Source of the DNA: Podarcis melisellensis
Taxonomy: Eukaryota
Direction: 5' to 3' (one strand)
Assembly: GCA_964234715.1 (NCBI GenBank)
Contig: OZ174281.1
DNA length: 64,000 nt
Shown here: piece after piece, positions 13,551-27,300 of the stretch
Numbering within the stretch: position 1 is the stretch's first letter
Layout: each line of letters starts with the position of its first letter
Position numbers and translations under genes: made by a program
The notes under the pieces: model-generated
Database searches by the model: none
What the model was told of the DNA's origin: nothing
Seen by the model: the letters and a program-made list of their open reading frames with translations, nothing else

Positions 13551-16500
13551 TAGTGGACAGAGATTGGGCAGGGGCAGGGAGGGTGATGAGATGAAGTAAG
13601 CAAATCTTTGGTGTATGTTATATTTAATTTAAGTTACTTGTTTCTGAAGAGCATTTCCCACGTTGCCAAAATCTTGTGCATTCTGTCTTTGAATTATTTG
13701 ATGGGGATTACATTGGGCACCCACAACCTCTGTGTCTGTAGGCCTGAGGCCCCAGCACACACAGCACAAGTGTTGTTTGTCGTTGGTGTTTAGTTCCATA
13801 TGTTGAACGCTTGCGCTTTCATTTGCAGAGCGAGCAAGAATTTTAATAATGTAATGAGGACATGCTGAGAATGTTTGCTTTCCATTAGTGAAAGGAGGCA
13901 TTTGATTCCTTTCTGAGATGGAGGTAGAAGAGAAAGTAATTAGCTAGAGTTGACATCGCCAGAGTCAGCTAAAATAGCACTGCCAGATGTCTGTGTTCTG
14001 CTGGTTTTGCCCCAGACATCTGTGGATAAGCTAGAAGGCGGGGAAACAAACAATGCTAAGGCACAAATAGATATAGCATAAAGTAATCTGACTCCTTGGG
14101 TTAGAATGCCTGATCTTCTGGGAACTTCCATGGCAGTTTAATTAACTGTATTTTGTTTTCTTTTTTAAATTATCTGCTCCTTAGTGACATAGATCTTTCT
14201 GGAAAAAGGTCTGATTTCACCAGAGTTTCTTTAGGCATGCTTTTATATCTCATAGTTTGGTTTGCATTGCCTTTGCTTTTGGCTTAATTTGTTTTGTTTT
14301 TTTAACAATAAAATAGCAGTCACCCATCCTAGTGATTTGGTCAATGGTTTTTCTGCATCAGTATGCCTGCTGGAAGTCTCTTTGGTGAAGATAAACTGCA
14401 CTTGTGTAATCTTTAAGCCCTGTTGTACGCTTAGGCCTTCACTTCCACTGAACTAAAATTTGCATAATTCTTTAGGGAAAGTCCCTCAAATTAAATTGAT
14501 CTCACACAGGTATAACTTGGCAACATTGGTACAGTACAGTACATACTTCAGGGGTACCTGCTGTAATTCAGGGATTCTCCCTAGTGAGCCTTATAAGGCC
14601 ACCGCTGTACTGGGGTTCTGCTCTTGAGTAGATCTTAGCTGAATAACACCCATTTTGCCCCAGTAGCTGCCCTGTGTGATTCAAGAGCTCCATGACCCAG
14701 GTTATCCCTTCAAGAGCTGGAGAATGTGGAGGTGACCTAGTGGTGCTGCTTCACTGGTGCCCACATGACCAGTAGGGTTGCTTATTTTGTTGGGCCAAAA
14801 CAACGTGTATAATGAATGCTCTCACACTCAGGTCACCAACAACAGCTTGTTCAGTGAGGAGAGGAAAAAGCAACATGCCACCATTTCTTTCCTAAAAAGA
14901 CAGAGCGACCATTGTTCCCAAATTACATAATCCCAAATGTTTATGAAATCAGACTGCCCAAACTGTAGTCCTATTGCTAGCAAAGCAAGCCAACCACTTG
15001 GCAGATGATCATGCAAACTGAGGCATGACAAAGCTTCAGTGTTGACCAGATGGCTGCAAAAAGTGTTCCTAAAAGACAAAACTAAAAAAATATATGTATC
15101 ACCTACGGAAGTCTCTTAGGGCAACCAGCCCTACCAGGTGAAATGGCCAGCATTTTTTTCAAAAAAAAGGTTATCCCCAATATTTCAAAACTATACTCTT
15201 TCCTGTCTCACATATCTTTCCATGAGCCATTTCAATGTAGAGAGAATCCTGGATGGTTTTCTGTCAATCTCTCATTCTCTGGCCAGTCAGCTCTCTGTAC
15301 CGCTCAACCATTCTCAATCCAAATAATTGCTAGGCCAGGAGCACCCACTCATCTGTCTCCAGGCAGAAAAATCAATTTTTTATCTTACCAGGGCAAATTA
15401 TCACAACTTTCTCGCTGCACTCAATGCAAACTGAAATAATTGTGCCCTTCATAATCTTATACTGCAGGTACTCCTGTGGACCACCTGAAAATTGCAAATT
15501 TTTGCAAAGCTTTTATAATCTAGATAGTTTTGAATCCAGATTATAAAAGACATTGGTTACATTATACAGGAGGAGGATCTCAAGGGTTGTCTGCTTTGCA
15601 TACAGGCACCCGCAAATTCAATCCCTACCAGTTCAGAATCTCAGGAACTGGGGATGGGAAAGACCTCTTTCTGGCACCCTGGGATAGATGGACCAGCGAT
15701 TTGACTTGGTGCCAAACTAAGGACTCAGCTACATTAGGAAAGAAAAAGTGTTTTATATGCATTATAATGCTGTGACACCAGATGGCTCCCATCTTTCGCC
15801 AACATGATTTCGCATAATGAAGTTTACAACTTGTTTTCCAAAAACGCTTTTTTGATGTGTGTAGATGCAGCCTAAGTGCCAATAAGAGACTTCCTTCCGA
15901 TGCAAACTACAGTACTAGCTTCAGGGGAGGATTTTTTCTTAGGACCTAACAATTACTAGCCTCTCCTCAACTAATGCATGGTTTTTGTTTTTTTTAATGC
16001 AAATGACACATTAAAAGCAGACACATTTAACATCAAGACTTGTTTGTTTCTCAGAATATTGTTGCACGCCACCCCAATCTCAGTGTTACGGTGTTCCAGG
16101 CAGTTACCCAGGGTTTGTGTTTCCTTTGGAATTAGTTACAGCGGAGTTACATCGTTGATTTGCACATATACACAACCTGAGCCTATGAAGGAGGGGTTCA
16201 CAGCATTAACACCCCAAGAGGAACTTTCTTCTCCTATAGCTGTAGCCTTGAATTCAAACGGAAATCAAGCATTGCTGTGACTTTCTGGCCTCCTAGCCTG
16301 CTACTTTTCCACTTCTAGTTTCTAGCTCAAATCACCCAACTCTCAACTGTGGTCTTTGCCTTTCTAACTACCAGTGAGTTGAGGGAACAGGCCCACCTCA
16401 CTCCCTTTGTTCCCTTAATGGCCCATTACCTAGGCTATCGCCTCACGAGGAATTTGAACCCTTGCTTATAATAACATTTGCTGGATCCAAGGGTTAGAAA

Positions 16501-17001
16501 GGTCTCGACCTACAGTCTACTCCCCCACCCCAAACTCATGACAGTATAAAGCAGTGTCATGTGCTTAGAGGGCTGGCTCATTTCAGTCCACTAAGCACTC
16601 GCAACTCCTTTCAGGGCCACAGCCAGTCTTTCTAAATACATATGCACATTTGTATAAATCTAAAGTCCTGAGCTTCTGCTGTGACTCACTCCGTGCAGTC
16701 GCACAGCAGTGGGTGATGTGACCCACCCATCTTGAAATACTGAAATATGTTGCCTAACAATGCATGCCCGCAAGTTGAGGCAGAATCTAATGACATGGGT
16801 CTCTTGCACCTTTCTCCCACTTGCTTGCTTTCAAATGCTGTTCTCAGAAGCACCTTCCCTCTAAAACCACATTTGCAGTGCTCATTTGATCCAGAGCTCC
16901 TAAGGAACCTGGCCTGTTTTTAAGGCAAGGGTTAGCGGCTTTTAAGATAAGCCAGTGAGATTTTGCTGGTTCTTGTATGCAGGGGACTGAAATTTGGTAA
17001 T

Positions 17002-17175
17002 GGGCCTTCTCAGTAGCGGCGCCTGCCCTGTGGAACGCCCTCCCACCAGATGTCAAGGAAATAAACAACTATCTGACTTTTAGAAGACATCTGAAGGCAG
17101 CCCTATTTAGGGAAGTTTTTAATGTTTGATGTTCTATTGTGCTTTTAATTCTGTTGGGAGCCACTCAGAGTGGTA
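17002..17175 (+). mobile_element. L2 LINE 3' fragment
   Basis: Encodes AFSVAAPALWNALPPDVKEINNYLTFRRHLKAALFREVF, typical of the L2 ORF2 C-terminus. Confidence 0.8.
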
Positions 17176-19143
17176 ATAATAACAATATTATTATTAACAA
17201 CAACAACAACAATATCTGGGCTTCCAGTTGCCCAACCCCTGCTGCTGGGGTTCTCAGCAGCCCTACAGCAATATACCAGAACCTTCATGGGAGTTGTGGT
17301 GGCAATATTATTATTATTATTAGGCATTATTATTTGTTTACATTTGGTAGTTGCTTTATACAAAAAAAGGTCTCCAAGCGACTCAACAAGAAAAAATGCA
17401 AACAGGTAAAATCAATTGAAAACCAGCAAATGTAAAATAATGCCTAAAATGTTCATCCAAGATGGGTAGATAAAAACGTGTTTGCCTGGTACAGGTGACT
17501 CCCCACTTAGGTGGGAGTTACGTTCTAGGCCCCCACGTGCGTAAGTCAAATAGCATAAAGTGGGGAGCACCCTCTGAACACCCTTTAAATGCCCTCTCTA
17601 CCATTTGGTCTTCAATCCATACCAAAAATACTGTGTCCAAAAATATCCACAACTAAAACAAAGCTCTGGGGCTGTCTGGAGGCTATGTGGGAAAGTGCTG
17701 GCTGCTGCTAGGCTACTCTGCACACCAACTCTTATGCAGGGAAGTTGAGCAGCATAAACAAAGTCCCCCTACACCTCTGGTATCTTTGGGGCTTCCTCCA
17801 CCCTCATTGGGGTGGGTAGGGACACCACCAGAAAGGCCTGTTCATAACATAACGTTTGCTCTTTGCAGTACTTAATTTTAGTTTGGAGGATCTTTATGTA
17901 TTGATACTTGAATTCTCATAGCAGATGATAAGTTATCATCGCCTCTAACAGGAAGTGGCCTACCCACTCTGGGATTGGGCCATACCCATTGTGATTCTTG
18001 AGCAATTCAGGGCTTAAAGGGCATTGCCAATGGAAGTCCAGAAGCAATGGAACAAAATCTTCATATATTTGCGAAGGCTGCTGCCAACCACTGCTGCGCT
18101 GAGACTTCTACCCCATTGGCCATATGAATAGTTTGGTATGTGCCTTTGGGGCTTGGAAAATGTGTTGCAGGTTTCTATAAAGGCAGGATTTCTGCATTTC
18201 TGGCTGTATCCCAATCCTAGAGTCCTACGGAGAGGACATATTCTGTTGACAAAGACTTGTTAAGATCACAGATTTACACTGAATACCTTTGCAGCCAAAG
18301 GTACAATTGGAACTTTTACCTATTAAAGGAATGTAGGTCAGCTTCATGAATTCTCTCTCTGAAGCCAAACAAGTCTAATTTTATATGAATCAAGGAGACA
18401 CAGTGGGAGATGGTTGATTTTTAGTAACAAAGGTTCAGAGGCACTAAACAGGCAATCTGGCCGTTTGAGGAATAAGCTCAGTAGAAAATAAACATGCCTA
18501 TGGTTGCCAGATCAAAGTACTAAAAATCAGAGAGGTTTGTTCTGTTAAAGCAGGGAATATTCTGAAATATTCAGTATCCCTTATCTTCTATAGCCATTTC
18601 AAACATGCTACCACCAGGGAATATTTTCACCCAGCAAAAATCCTGGAGCAAGTTATTCAAGGTGTGGCACCATTAAGTCATTCAGAGCAGTGGCTAGGCC
18701 TCGAGCAGGTCTCCTGCTGTTTTATCATGAATTGTGTGTGGAACATCTCACTAGCACCTTAACTTTACATCAAGGAGTGTCCTCCATGACCCATCTCCTC
18801 TTTCAAGAACCCTTGATAAGCTTCCGAGGAACTCTCCAGGAAATAATTTAGAAACCACTGTTGTGTAGGATGGCAATAGTGTCAAATAAGGAACAATCCT
18901 TTAAATCAGGGGTGGCCTACTTTAAATAAAGGGTTATTTGGTAATCTTATCTGAGATGATATAGGTCATGCTGAACTAGAAGCACTTCCTTGCTCTGTTC
19001 AGTTTAACCAAGAGGCTTTAGACCTGTTGGATGGGCTCGCTTGCTTCAATTATGCCTCTTTTTGGAGATGACAGGGATGTCTATGTAAAATGTAGTATCT
19101 GTGACCATGAACTGGAGTTAACACTCTTAGTTTTAAGAGATAC

Positions 19144-19305
19144 AGGCTGCATACACACTGGACATTGAAAGCACCCTCCCCCAAAAGAATCTTGGGAACT
19201 GTAGTGTGTTAAGTATGCTGTGTATTGCAGCTCTGTGAGGGGTAAACTGCAGTTCCCATGAATCTTTGCAGGCCGGGGAATGTGCTTTAAATCTATGGTC
19301 TGTAC
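19144..19305. mobile_element. Palindromic MITE (relatives at 11876-12030 and 35590-35733)
   Basis: Imperfect fold-back: aaagcac...aagaatcttgggaactgtag / aactgcagttcccatgaatcttt...gtgcttt. Confidence 0.65.
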
Positions 19306-19996
19306 AATAAATTCAAAGTATATATTCAGAAACTTTTTTTGAAAAACATAGCTATTGTAATGACGGAAATATGGCAAGAGAATTCAATGGATAGCCAGTA
19401 CACATGCAAGGAACTGAATTATAACCCCTGAGATAATACCCAGGTTATTTTCTGTGAGGTAATGCCACCTGTTCACAGAAATCCTAAGTGCAGAACAGCA
19501 TATTCATCCCTTTAAAGACTATATTCTGTTTATTAGTATTGTAGCAGGGAATAATAACATTTCAGCTAAATAGGTAAATAAGTTGACAGAACTCTGCTGG
19601 GTTCAGACAGAACCAGATTTCCCTTATAAACAGTACTTATAAACGAGTAGGGAATATAGTTAATAAAATCTGAAGCTGATACAAAATCAGGAAGAGTTGC
19701 AGACACTAATAAAGGTCAAGGAGAACCTCTTGCAAAAGGTTTGGCGTAGACCAATGGTTTTTGTTCTTATGATGACATGAGTTCCATAGTCATCCTTTTC
19801 AGAGTGGCATCATATTTTCTTGCATGCCAAGAAATAAAGCTGTTTGCACGTGGTGATGGTCAGAAGCCCTGAATTCAGTTCACACCACTTTCTCTGTAAG
19901 TGAAACTAAAATGGAATATTTTCACTGTGTCTTCTGGAAGCCACAAGAAAAGCAACGATTGTGCGTGAATGATTAATCCCCCATATATATATTTAA

Positions 19997-20708
19997 GAGA
20001 GTCGTGAGTGGTGCTGTGAGTTAAACAACAGAGCCTAGGACTTGCCGATCAGAAGGTCGGTGTTAGGAATCCCCGTGACGGGGTGAGCTCCCGTTGCTCA
20101 GTCCCTGCTCCTGCCAACCTAGCAGTTCAAAAGCACATCAAAGTGCAAGTAGATACAATTCTGCAAAATGCAGAATTGGACAGAATGACAGGAAGGATCC
20201 AAAACCGACAAGATCAAAGATTCACAGAAGATTGGGAAAAATTTATTGAATATTTGCAGAAATTAAGTGATAATCAGATTACGTTTGTAAGTTTTAATGA
20301 AGCATTGTGATGGGAAATAAATATTAAAATGGGTTGAAGTTCACAGCAATAATATAAACAACAAAATAGAAATGTGTTTAAAGTTAAAATATGAAGGATT
20401 TGCAGACAAGTTGAGGGAAGTCAAAAAAAGAGAAATAAGATGTAACTAAGATGTATGAAGTGTATAATGTTATTTTGTATTTGAAAATTTAATAAAAATA
20501 TATATATAAAAAAAAACAAAGTGCAAGTAGATAAATAGGTACTGCTCCAGCAGGAAGGTAAACGGCGTTTCCGTGCGCTGCTCTTAGTCATGCTGGCCAC
20601 ATGACCCGGAAGCTGTACGCCGGCTCCCTCGGCCAATAAAGCGAGATGAGCGCTGCAACCCCAGAGTCTGTCACGACTGGACCTAATGATCAGGGGTCCC
20701 TTTACCTT
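19997..20708 (+). mobile_element. Full-length Sauria SINE interrupted by an L1 fragment
   Basis: SINE halves at 19997-20155 and 20517-20708; tail tttaccttta; 13-bp TSD tatatatatttaa at 19984-19996 and 20709-20721. Confidence 0.9.
20156..20516 (+). mobile_element. 5'-truncated L1 LINE 3' end nested in the Sauria SINE
   Basis: Encodes an L1 ORF2-like C-terminus AELDRMTGRIQNRQDQRFTEDWEKFIEYL...*; AATAAA at 20491-20496 plus A-tail; perfect 17-bp TSD caaagtgcaagtagata (20139-20155, 20517-20533). Confidence 0.85.
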
Positions 20709-20811
20709 TATATATATTTAAATGGATTCAACCTTTCTGGATTACTAGACTAGACTGTAGGGCCATAAGATGTCCTAACCTCACCTACTCTTTCTCTCCA
20801 ATGTCTGACAG

Positions 20812-21731
20812 GGATTGGAAAGAACGTCATTTGCGACAGGACAGCCACTCCGCTGGATGCCTTTCGGATGATGACAGCTGCGCACTATTACCCCAAGCTC
20901 ATGAGCATCATGGGCAATGTCCTCCGCTTCCTGCCTGCCTTTGTGAAGATGAAGCAGCTGATCCAAGAGGGCTACGTTGGAGAACTGCTTGTGTGCGAGG
21001 TACAAGTTCACAGCGGGAGCCTGCTGGGGAAGAAATACAACTGGAGCTGCGATGACTTGATGGGGGGTGGGGGGCTGCATTCAGTTGGTACCTACATCAT
21101 TGACCTCTTGACCTTCCTCACTAGCCAGAAGGCTGTGAAAGTGCACGGGCTGCTTAAGACCTTTGTGAAACAGACGGACTACATCAAGGGAATCCGCCAA
21201 ATCACGAGCGACGACTTTTGCACGTTTCAGATGGTCCTGGAAGGCGGGGTGTGTTGCACCGTCACCCTCAACTTCAACGTGCCCGGGGAATTTAAGCAAG
21301 ATATTGTTGTGGTAGGCTCCAGCGGGAGGCTGACTGTCATAGGCATGGATTTGTATGGGCAGAGCAACAGCTCGCCACAAAAAGAGCTCCTTTTGAAGGA
21401 TTCCACCCCTGTCAGCAATGCCCTGCTGCCCGAAAAGGCCTTCAGCGACATCCCTTCCCCATACCTGCGTGGAACTATCAAGATGGTGCAGGCTGTCCGT
21501 CAAGCGTTTGAGGATCAAGATGACAGGCGGACCTGGGACGGGCGGCCGCTCACAATGGCTGCGACTTTTGATGACTGTCTCTATGCTTTGTGTGTGGTGG
21601 ACACCATTAAAAAATCGAACCAGCTGGGTGAATGGCAGAACATTGCGATCATGACCGAGGAGCCAGAGCTGAGCCCTGCTTACTTGATCAGCGAAGCAAT
21701 GCGCAGGAGCAGAATGTCTCTGTACTGCTAG
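20812..21731 (+). CDS. GFOD1: Glucose-fructose oxidoreductase domain-containing protein 1, terminal coding exon (Gfo/Idh/MocA family)
   Basis: Pyrimidine tract plus AG acceptor (tttctctccaatgtctgacag|GG, phase 1). Reads [30 protein letters not shown]...[13 protein letters not shown], near-identical to recalled vertebrate GFOD1 exon 2. The upstream coding exon lies outside the window. Confidence 0.97.
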
Positions 21732-22590
21732 GGGTTGTTTTTTTTGTCACCTCTCAGAAAAAGGTGGATCATTGCAGTTCTTTCCTAACGGAAAAAACAT
21801 GCCATGTGTCTCAGGCCTTGGACAAGGAAGACAATATAGGGAATAAATCCTTGCTATGTAAACCACATTGCCTAGTTGGTGCTGAAATATTAGATGCGTT
21901 CGAAATGCTTGCTTTGGTAGTTGTTGGAGACTCTGTTAAAGAGAAAATTGCATTGACTGTTTACAAAATAGCATTATAGGAAGGTAGAACAGCATCCATT
22001 TAGAACCTACAGGTGCATAGCTGATGCAGTTGCGTTTACTGTGAACAAAAGGTTCGGGGAGGTCTAGTTTGAGACATTCCTCACCAGTTAGCAGGCTGCA
22101 AAGCTGGTGACTTATCAGAAAGCCCCTTCCTTGCAGAAAGCAAAACTGGCTGGCTTCTGACATGGGCACTTGCAGTCCCGCTGATAATAGCATGCTAATT
22201 GAGTACTGCATCATTCAGTAACCCATGCACTTGTATCAGTTTCATAGAATAAGAACTCTTTGGGTATGACTGTGTTGTGTGACCTAGAAAATTTGGCAGC
22301 TTGGTTTTCATAGTTAAGAATGAAGGTTTATGTTCTGTTTGGACTTCCCCACCCCCCACCCCTTTCAAGGAAACAGAAACAGAAACATGTATATTTTAAA
22401 AAATACATGCAGCTCCAAAATAGCAGCATGTTTCTCCTAGGGCCCTGGAAGAATTCAATATGACGCACAACAATCTGCAGAGAAATAAGGGACATTACTT
22501 ACAGGGTGACCAGCCAGTCTCCTTATGTTCTCGGATTGTTGATAAATTCCAGAGAGGCAACCATGTCAGTCTGCCATAGCAAAACTAATA

Positions 22591-22732
22591 TAGAATCGTA
22601 GAGATGGAGGGGACCCTGAGGATCATCTAGTCCTACCCCCTGCAATGCAGGAATATGCAGCTGCCCCTTACGGGGATTGAGCGTGCAGCCTTGGTGTTAA
22701 TCAGCACCATGCTCTAACCAAGTAAGCTATCC
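22591..22732 (-). mobile_element. tRNA-head / CR1-tail SINE (POM/Squam2 type)
   Basis: Minus strand ggatagcttacttggttagagcatggtgctga (tRNA-like) followed by ggactagatgatcctcagggtccc...ctacgattcta (CR1 3' tail). Confidence 0.78.
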
Positions 22733-23209
22733 ATGTTTAGTACTGTGCAAAAGCTTTCATGGACCAGAGCTTACTTTGTTAGATGCACAAAGTAGCCCAT
22801 CATACAAGGCGTGTACAGTCTACAAAAACTTGATCTTTTTTTAAGGTGTCACAGGACTCTTTTTTTTTTTTTTGACTTGGGGTTTGGTCTTTAGGACCCA
22901 CACTGGGACAAGATTTTTAAAAGCATAGGTTTCAACAAAACCTAACATGTTTTAGGAGGAAATTGCACAAAACAGAGCATGATTTGTCCAAAGTCTAGGT
23001 GAGATGTAGAGACTGCTACCTGAACAGCTATTAGATAAATTTTTCTTGGCTTGCACATCATCGCTGAGATGACATGGAAGCTTGCACTGAAAAATCTAAC
23101 TGGGTACTTACTCCTAGAACAGTAAAGGAGTTTACCTTTCCTTTTGGTATCTACTGGACTTTAAACGTATTCAGTCCATTTCACTTCTTTGTAGGTAGTT
23201 AATACATTA

Positions 23210-23565
23210 CAGTGGTGCCTCGCAAGACGAAATTAATCCGTTCCGTGAGGCTCTTCGTATAGCGGTTTTTTCGTCTTGCGAAGCAAGCCCATTGACAGCT
23301 TAGCGGATTAGCGCTACAGCTGTCAAGCGGCTTCCAGCGATCAGCTGTTAAGCGGCTTATCAGCGGAACAGCTGATAAGCGGCTTAGAGGCTTAAGAAAA
23401 GGGCGAAAAAAGCGAAAAAACCCCGCGGGGGGATGCAATATTTTTTTCGTCTTGCGAAGCAACCCCATAGGGGAATTCGTTTTACGAAGCGCCTCCAAAA
23501 CGGAAAACCCTTTCGTCTAGCGGGTTTTTCGTCTTGCGAGGCGTTCGTCTTGCGGGGCACCACTG
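23210..23565. mobile_element. Tigger-like MITE, 'gcaagacgaa' subfamily (in the putative GFOD1 3'UTR)
   Basis: TIRs cagtggtgcctcgcaagacgaa / ttcgtcttgcggggcaccactg, TA TSD, CpGs retained. Confidence 0.9.
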
Positions 23566-24278
23566 TATCTTATTCCTTCCTTGCATCATTGAATTCCAGT
23601 TACATTTTTATTTTTTTTGGATCAATGCCTTGATGCAGACTCTACTTCTTCCTTCTCCAACACCTGAAGAGGTTGCCTGCATTTGGAGCAGTAGATGGGA
23701 GACTCAAAGATGAAAAAGTGGGTAACAACACTCCTACTAAAAGTTACCTGTACTAGCCATCCCTGATTCTGATGTGCAATAGCAGGATGCACATAAGATG
23801 CATGTAGGATTTCTGGGCAGAGGAGCAGATTTCTGCTAGATGGCACTGGGGGCACCAGATCGCGGAAGGGAGGATAAGCTTAGAAGGGGTGGTTGCAAGT
23901 TCCAAGAAATCTGAGAACTGAAACACTGTTTTTATAGGATTCTCATTTTTTAAAAAGATTACCCATCAATCTTATTGGTGTCATTTTGTACCACTGCGGG
24001 AAGGTCTAGTCAATTCAATCATCTCTTGTTTTCCTGTCATTCTCTTATGCTGAATATCAGTCAGGGTGGTGCACTAACAATGTTAAAAAACAAAGAGGAA
24101 AATAGAGTACCCAGTTCTATAAATCCTCTTATGTGTAGAATTAGCATGCCATCATCTTTCAGTGATTAATTGCAACCCTCTACTTAATCTGGATCTTAAA
24201 TGATGCCTTGTTTTTATTTTTTTTAACCTTAAATCCAAGTGTACATTTATTGCTGTATATATTTATTGTGTTTTACAA

Positions 24279-24305
24279 GTGTGTGTGTGTGTGTGTACAT
24301 GTGTA

Positions 24306-24358
<53 letters not shown>
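24279..24358. repeat. Compound (GT)n...(GA)25 microsatellite
   Basis: Directly visible. Confidence 0.95.
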
Positions 24359-24360
<2 letters not shown>

Positions 24361-27300
24361 CAAACTAGGTATATACAAAATGTCATCGCATGGGCATTTT
24401 ATGTACAGTAGATATTTTAAAAGTTATTTATCAAACAAAAAGTGTGTGATAAAACAGAGTCTATATTTTATATATCTATACTGTAGATAGCAAAAACGAA
24501 ACCGCATTTAAATTATAGCAAGAGGATATGGGAGTATTTTTTAAAGAAAAGGGAAGGCCTGTGGTGGTTTCTAGCATTTTGACAGCCTGGCTACTTTAAA
24601 TGGAAAGTTGCATTTTGTGGCTCTCAGCTGCAGCAAAGTCTGTCCTCCTCCTCCTCCTTCAAAGGATGATATCCGTGTATTACTTTTCCATTGCTTGGGG
24701 AATGTGGTTAGTTATAGCCAGCCATGAGCATATATGTGCTGCTTAAAACATGGGTTTCCTGCTGTTCTTACATATTTGCACTGTTGGAATAAAGAGAAGC
24801 TAAACAGTGAATAAAGACATAAAAGGAAATAGGATTGCAGCTATCGGCTGTTCCTCAGTTGTGTTTTCTTCCTGCACTGAAATAGCTTTTCAGTTTTCTC
24901 CTGCCTTCTCTTACAGGTATACCAGACTTGAATGAAATAGCCAATATTCCTGCTTCTGAAAATTGGGGGGTGGTTTGGGGGGGGTGGAGAAGAGAGAAGG
25001 GAAGCACAGAGGTAAGAAAAGGGTTTTAACTGGTTGCCCATCCCAAAACTTCTGCTGAAAAATGTAAGCCAATCACTAACACCCCAATATTATTCACCTG
25101 TTCTGTATGGAACAGAGTTGTGTGAGGCTCTGGTGTGGGATAATGGCTGAATCCTAGAGATTACCATTTTGAGGTGGTAATGGATGCTTTAAGACTACAA
25201 TATGACTCCCCTCCTCCCCAATTTATTGGGTTAGGGAAAATTTAATCTGAGTCTTGCCAGATGCCTGAAGCATATCATTGCAGCCCAGTGACCATCATAC
25301 ATATCAGCTTCACAAACTCTCAGTCAGACACTCAACAGTGGCTTCTTCACATCAATTACCTCTTCAACATGGAGCAAAACAGCTGTGCCATCAGAGAGGT
25401 TTACTGAGCTAAAGCTTGAGCTTGTATAACAAGAGACATTGATTGTGTTTTGATTTAGCCCAGAACCCAATTGAGGTTTCCATTCCTTGATTTTGCCAGG
25501 CATTTGCCTTCTTTTAAAGAGCTGCCACTTTTTTCTAGCACGTTCCAGGATTCTCTTATTGTAGGCTAAACTGGGCAGGCACAGAAGACTCCCAGAAACA
25601 TCATCGTTACCCAGAAAAGAGGATTGGGGGGGGGGGTTAGTTCAGTTTGCCTTTAACACCAACAAACCTAATTCATTTTCCTATCAAAACATGAATACGT
25701 GAATCAAAACACAACTTTCTTTCAAAATTCACACTTTTCCAACCAAAACAGTGTACAGAAATAACACGCATTAGGAGAAAGTGTGCACAAAGATATGTTT
25801 GTTAGTGAAAAGAAACCACATCTCCCAAAGATTTGACATTTTATGATAAGGAAGGCGATGAGGAAATGTGCTGGAAAGTGTGGGATAATGCTTGCTTTAA
25901 TCCATTGTCTAACCTCCCCACAAACAAATTGGGATAAATGCTCACTATAAACAGGTTGTCTGGAAATGCTCAAAACCTTTACCCATTTCTTAGAATGAGA
26001 TATGTTGGTTGTGAGGTATGCAAATATGCCTAAGATGAGGATACAGACTCATATATTGGCTGGCTGTTGCCTTAAGTAGGGTGGGGGGGTTGGAAGAGAT
26101 TGGCTTTCCTATGGAAAGGGGTTTGGGAGCCTCTCTACTTGGTCAGGGGTTACAGGTGCTCCAAATACAGTTGATTGCCATCCCCCATCAGCTTTCCAAA
26201 TAGAGCTTCTCTTGCCAACAAAGGGTTCAAGCTGGAGAACTTGTGCAGATGCTTCCACAACACTTTTTCCTGCAATGGCCAGTATGGATATTTATAGCCA
26301 ATCTTTCTGTGCTAATTCAAAGGCTCCTTTAATATTTGAGGCAAGAGCTCATTAACTCTCAATAGAACCCCGGGGTAACATAATAAAAACAAGTGCTGGG
26401 GATGCAGCTGTATGGATAGGATACAATTGCAATATGGCATCAGCGGTGAAGCCAGTAAACAGGGACACAACAGAAATGCTAAAAACAATGACAGATGAAT
26501 TGGCATAAGGTTATCAAAGTGTAAAGGTGTGTGTATAGGGTTCTATTTTTTAAAAAAATAAAGATATATGGACAGTTACTGGTAGGTTTACAAACAAACC
26601 AGGAAATAAAATTGCCTGCTCATATGTCTTTAACACCAACACAACAGGCAAAAAGCAGGATTTTTTTTCACAGTGTGGAGATAAACGGTCAGCTGCTGGT
26701 GTCAAGCTGTTAATCAGAGAGAGAGGAAGTAGCTTTTCTCCATTGTGCCTCTGTTCAGCTTCAGCTGATACACAAATGCCTCCCACCCACCTGCAGCTAC
26801 TAACTGCAATCGCCAAGGCTATCAGATGGAGAGAAAACAGCCCATACTTGCTGAATTCAGGCACTGCACAATGGGAAGGAAAGTGAAGCCAGTCTTTGCC
26901 GTACCAGAAAAGGAGTGCGATTTCAAACCCCCATAAAGTCAATCCAGCTGGTATAAGAAACTCCAAAAAAAGAAGGGAGCTCTGCGTCTGTCAGCAGCAT
27001 GGAACGTGTTGGAGCAACAACATGTAAGCAAATTAAATCTGCTACCGTTCTTGTTGATCAGGTTTAATCTTAATATTGTTGAGATGTATGTTGTAAGCTG
27101 CCTTGGATGTGTGTGAAGATGCAAAAAGCAATTGCAATAAGGCACAGTTGAGCATTTGGTTGAAATGTGGTGACCAGAGTTACTGCAGGAGACCCAAACT
27201 AACCTTCCTGCCCAATTTTATGGTTGGGTTGCTACTTGGTTGACTTTTTAAAAAGTAAATAAATGTCCAGGGTCTACCTTTAATGGCAGCTTCTGGTTGT

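Larger units (their letters stand above)
21732..24830 (+). other. GFOD1: Probable GFOD1 3'UTR
   Basis: Follows the stop codon. AATAAA at 21842-21847, 24788-24793 and 24810-24815; AU-rich block with TGTATATA (24254-24261) before the distal pair. End point is inferred. Confidence 0.55.

Noticed and set aside
20083-20310. 75-aa SINE-L1 fusion ORF
   Set aside because: GTG start inside the SINE; a chance in-frame junction with a truncated L1 ORF2 tail.
21081-21518. 145-aa antisense ORF
   Set aside because: Shadow ORF of the GFOD1 coding exon.
22660-22732. tRNA-like sequence (also at 29073 and 63477)
   Set aside because: Degenerate SINE heads fused to LINE-derived or core tails; not intact tRNA genes.
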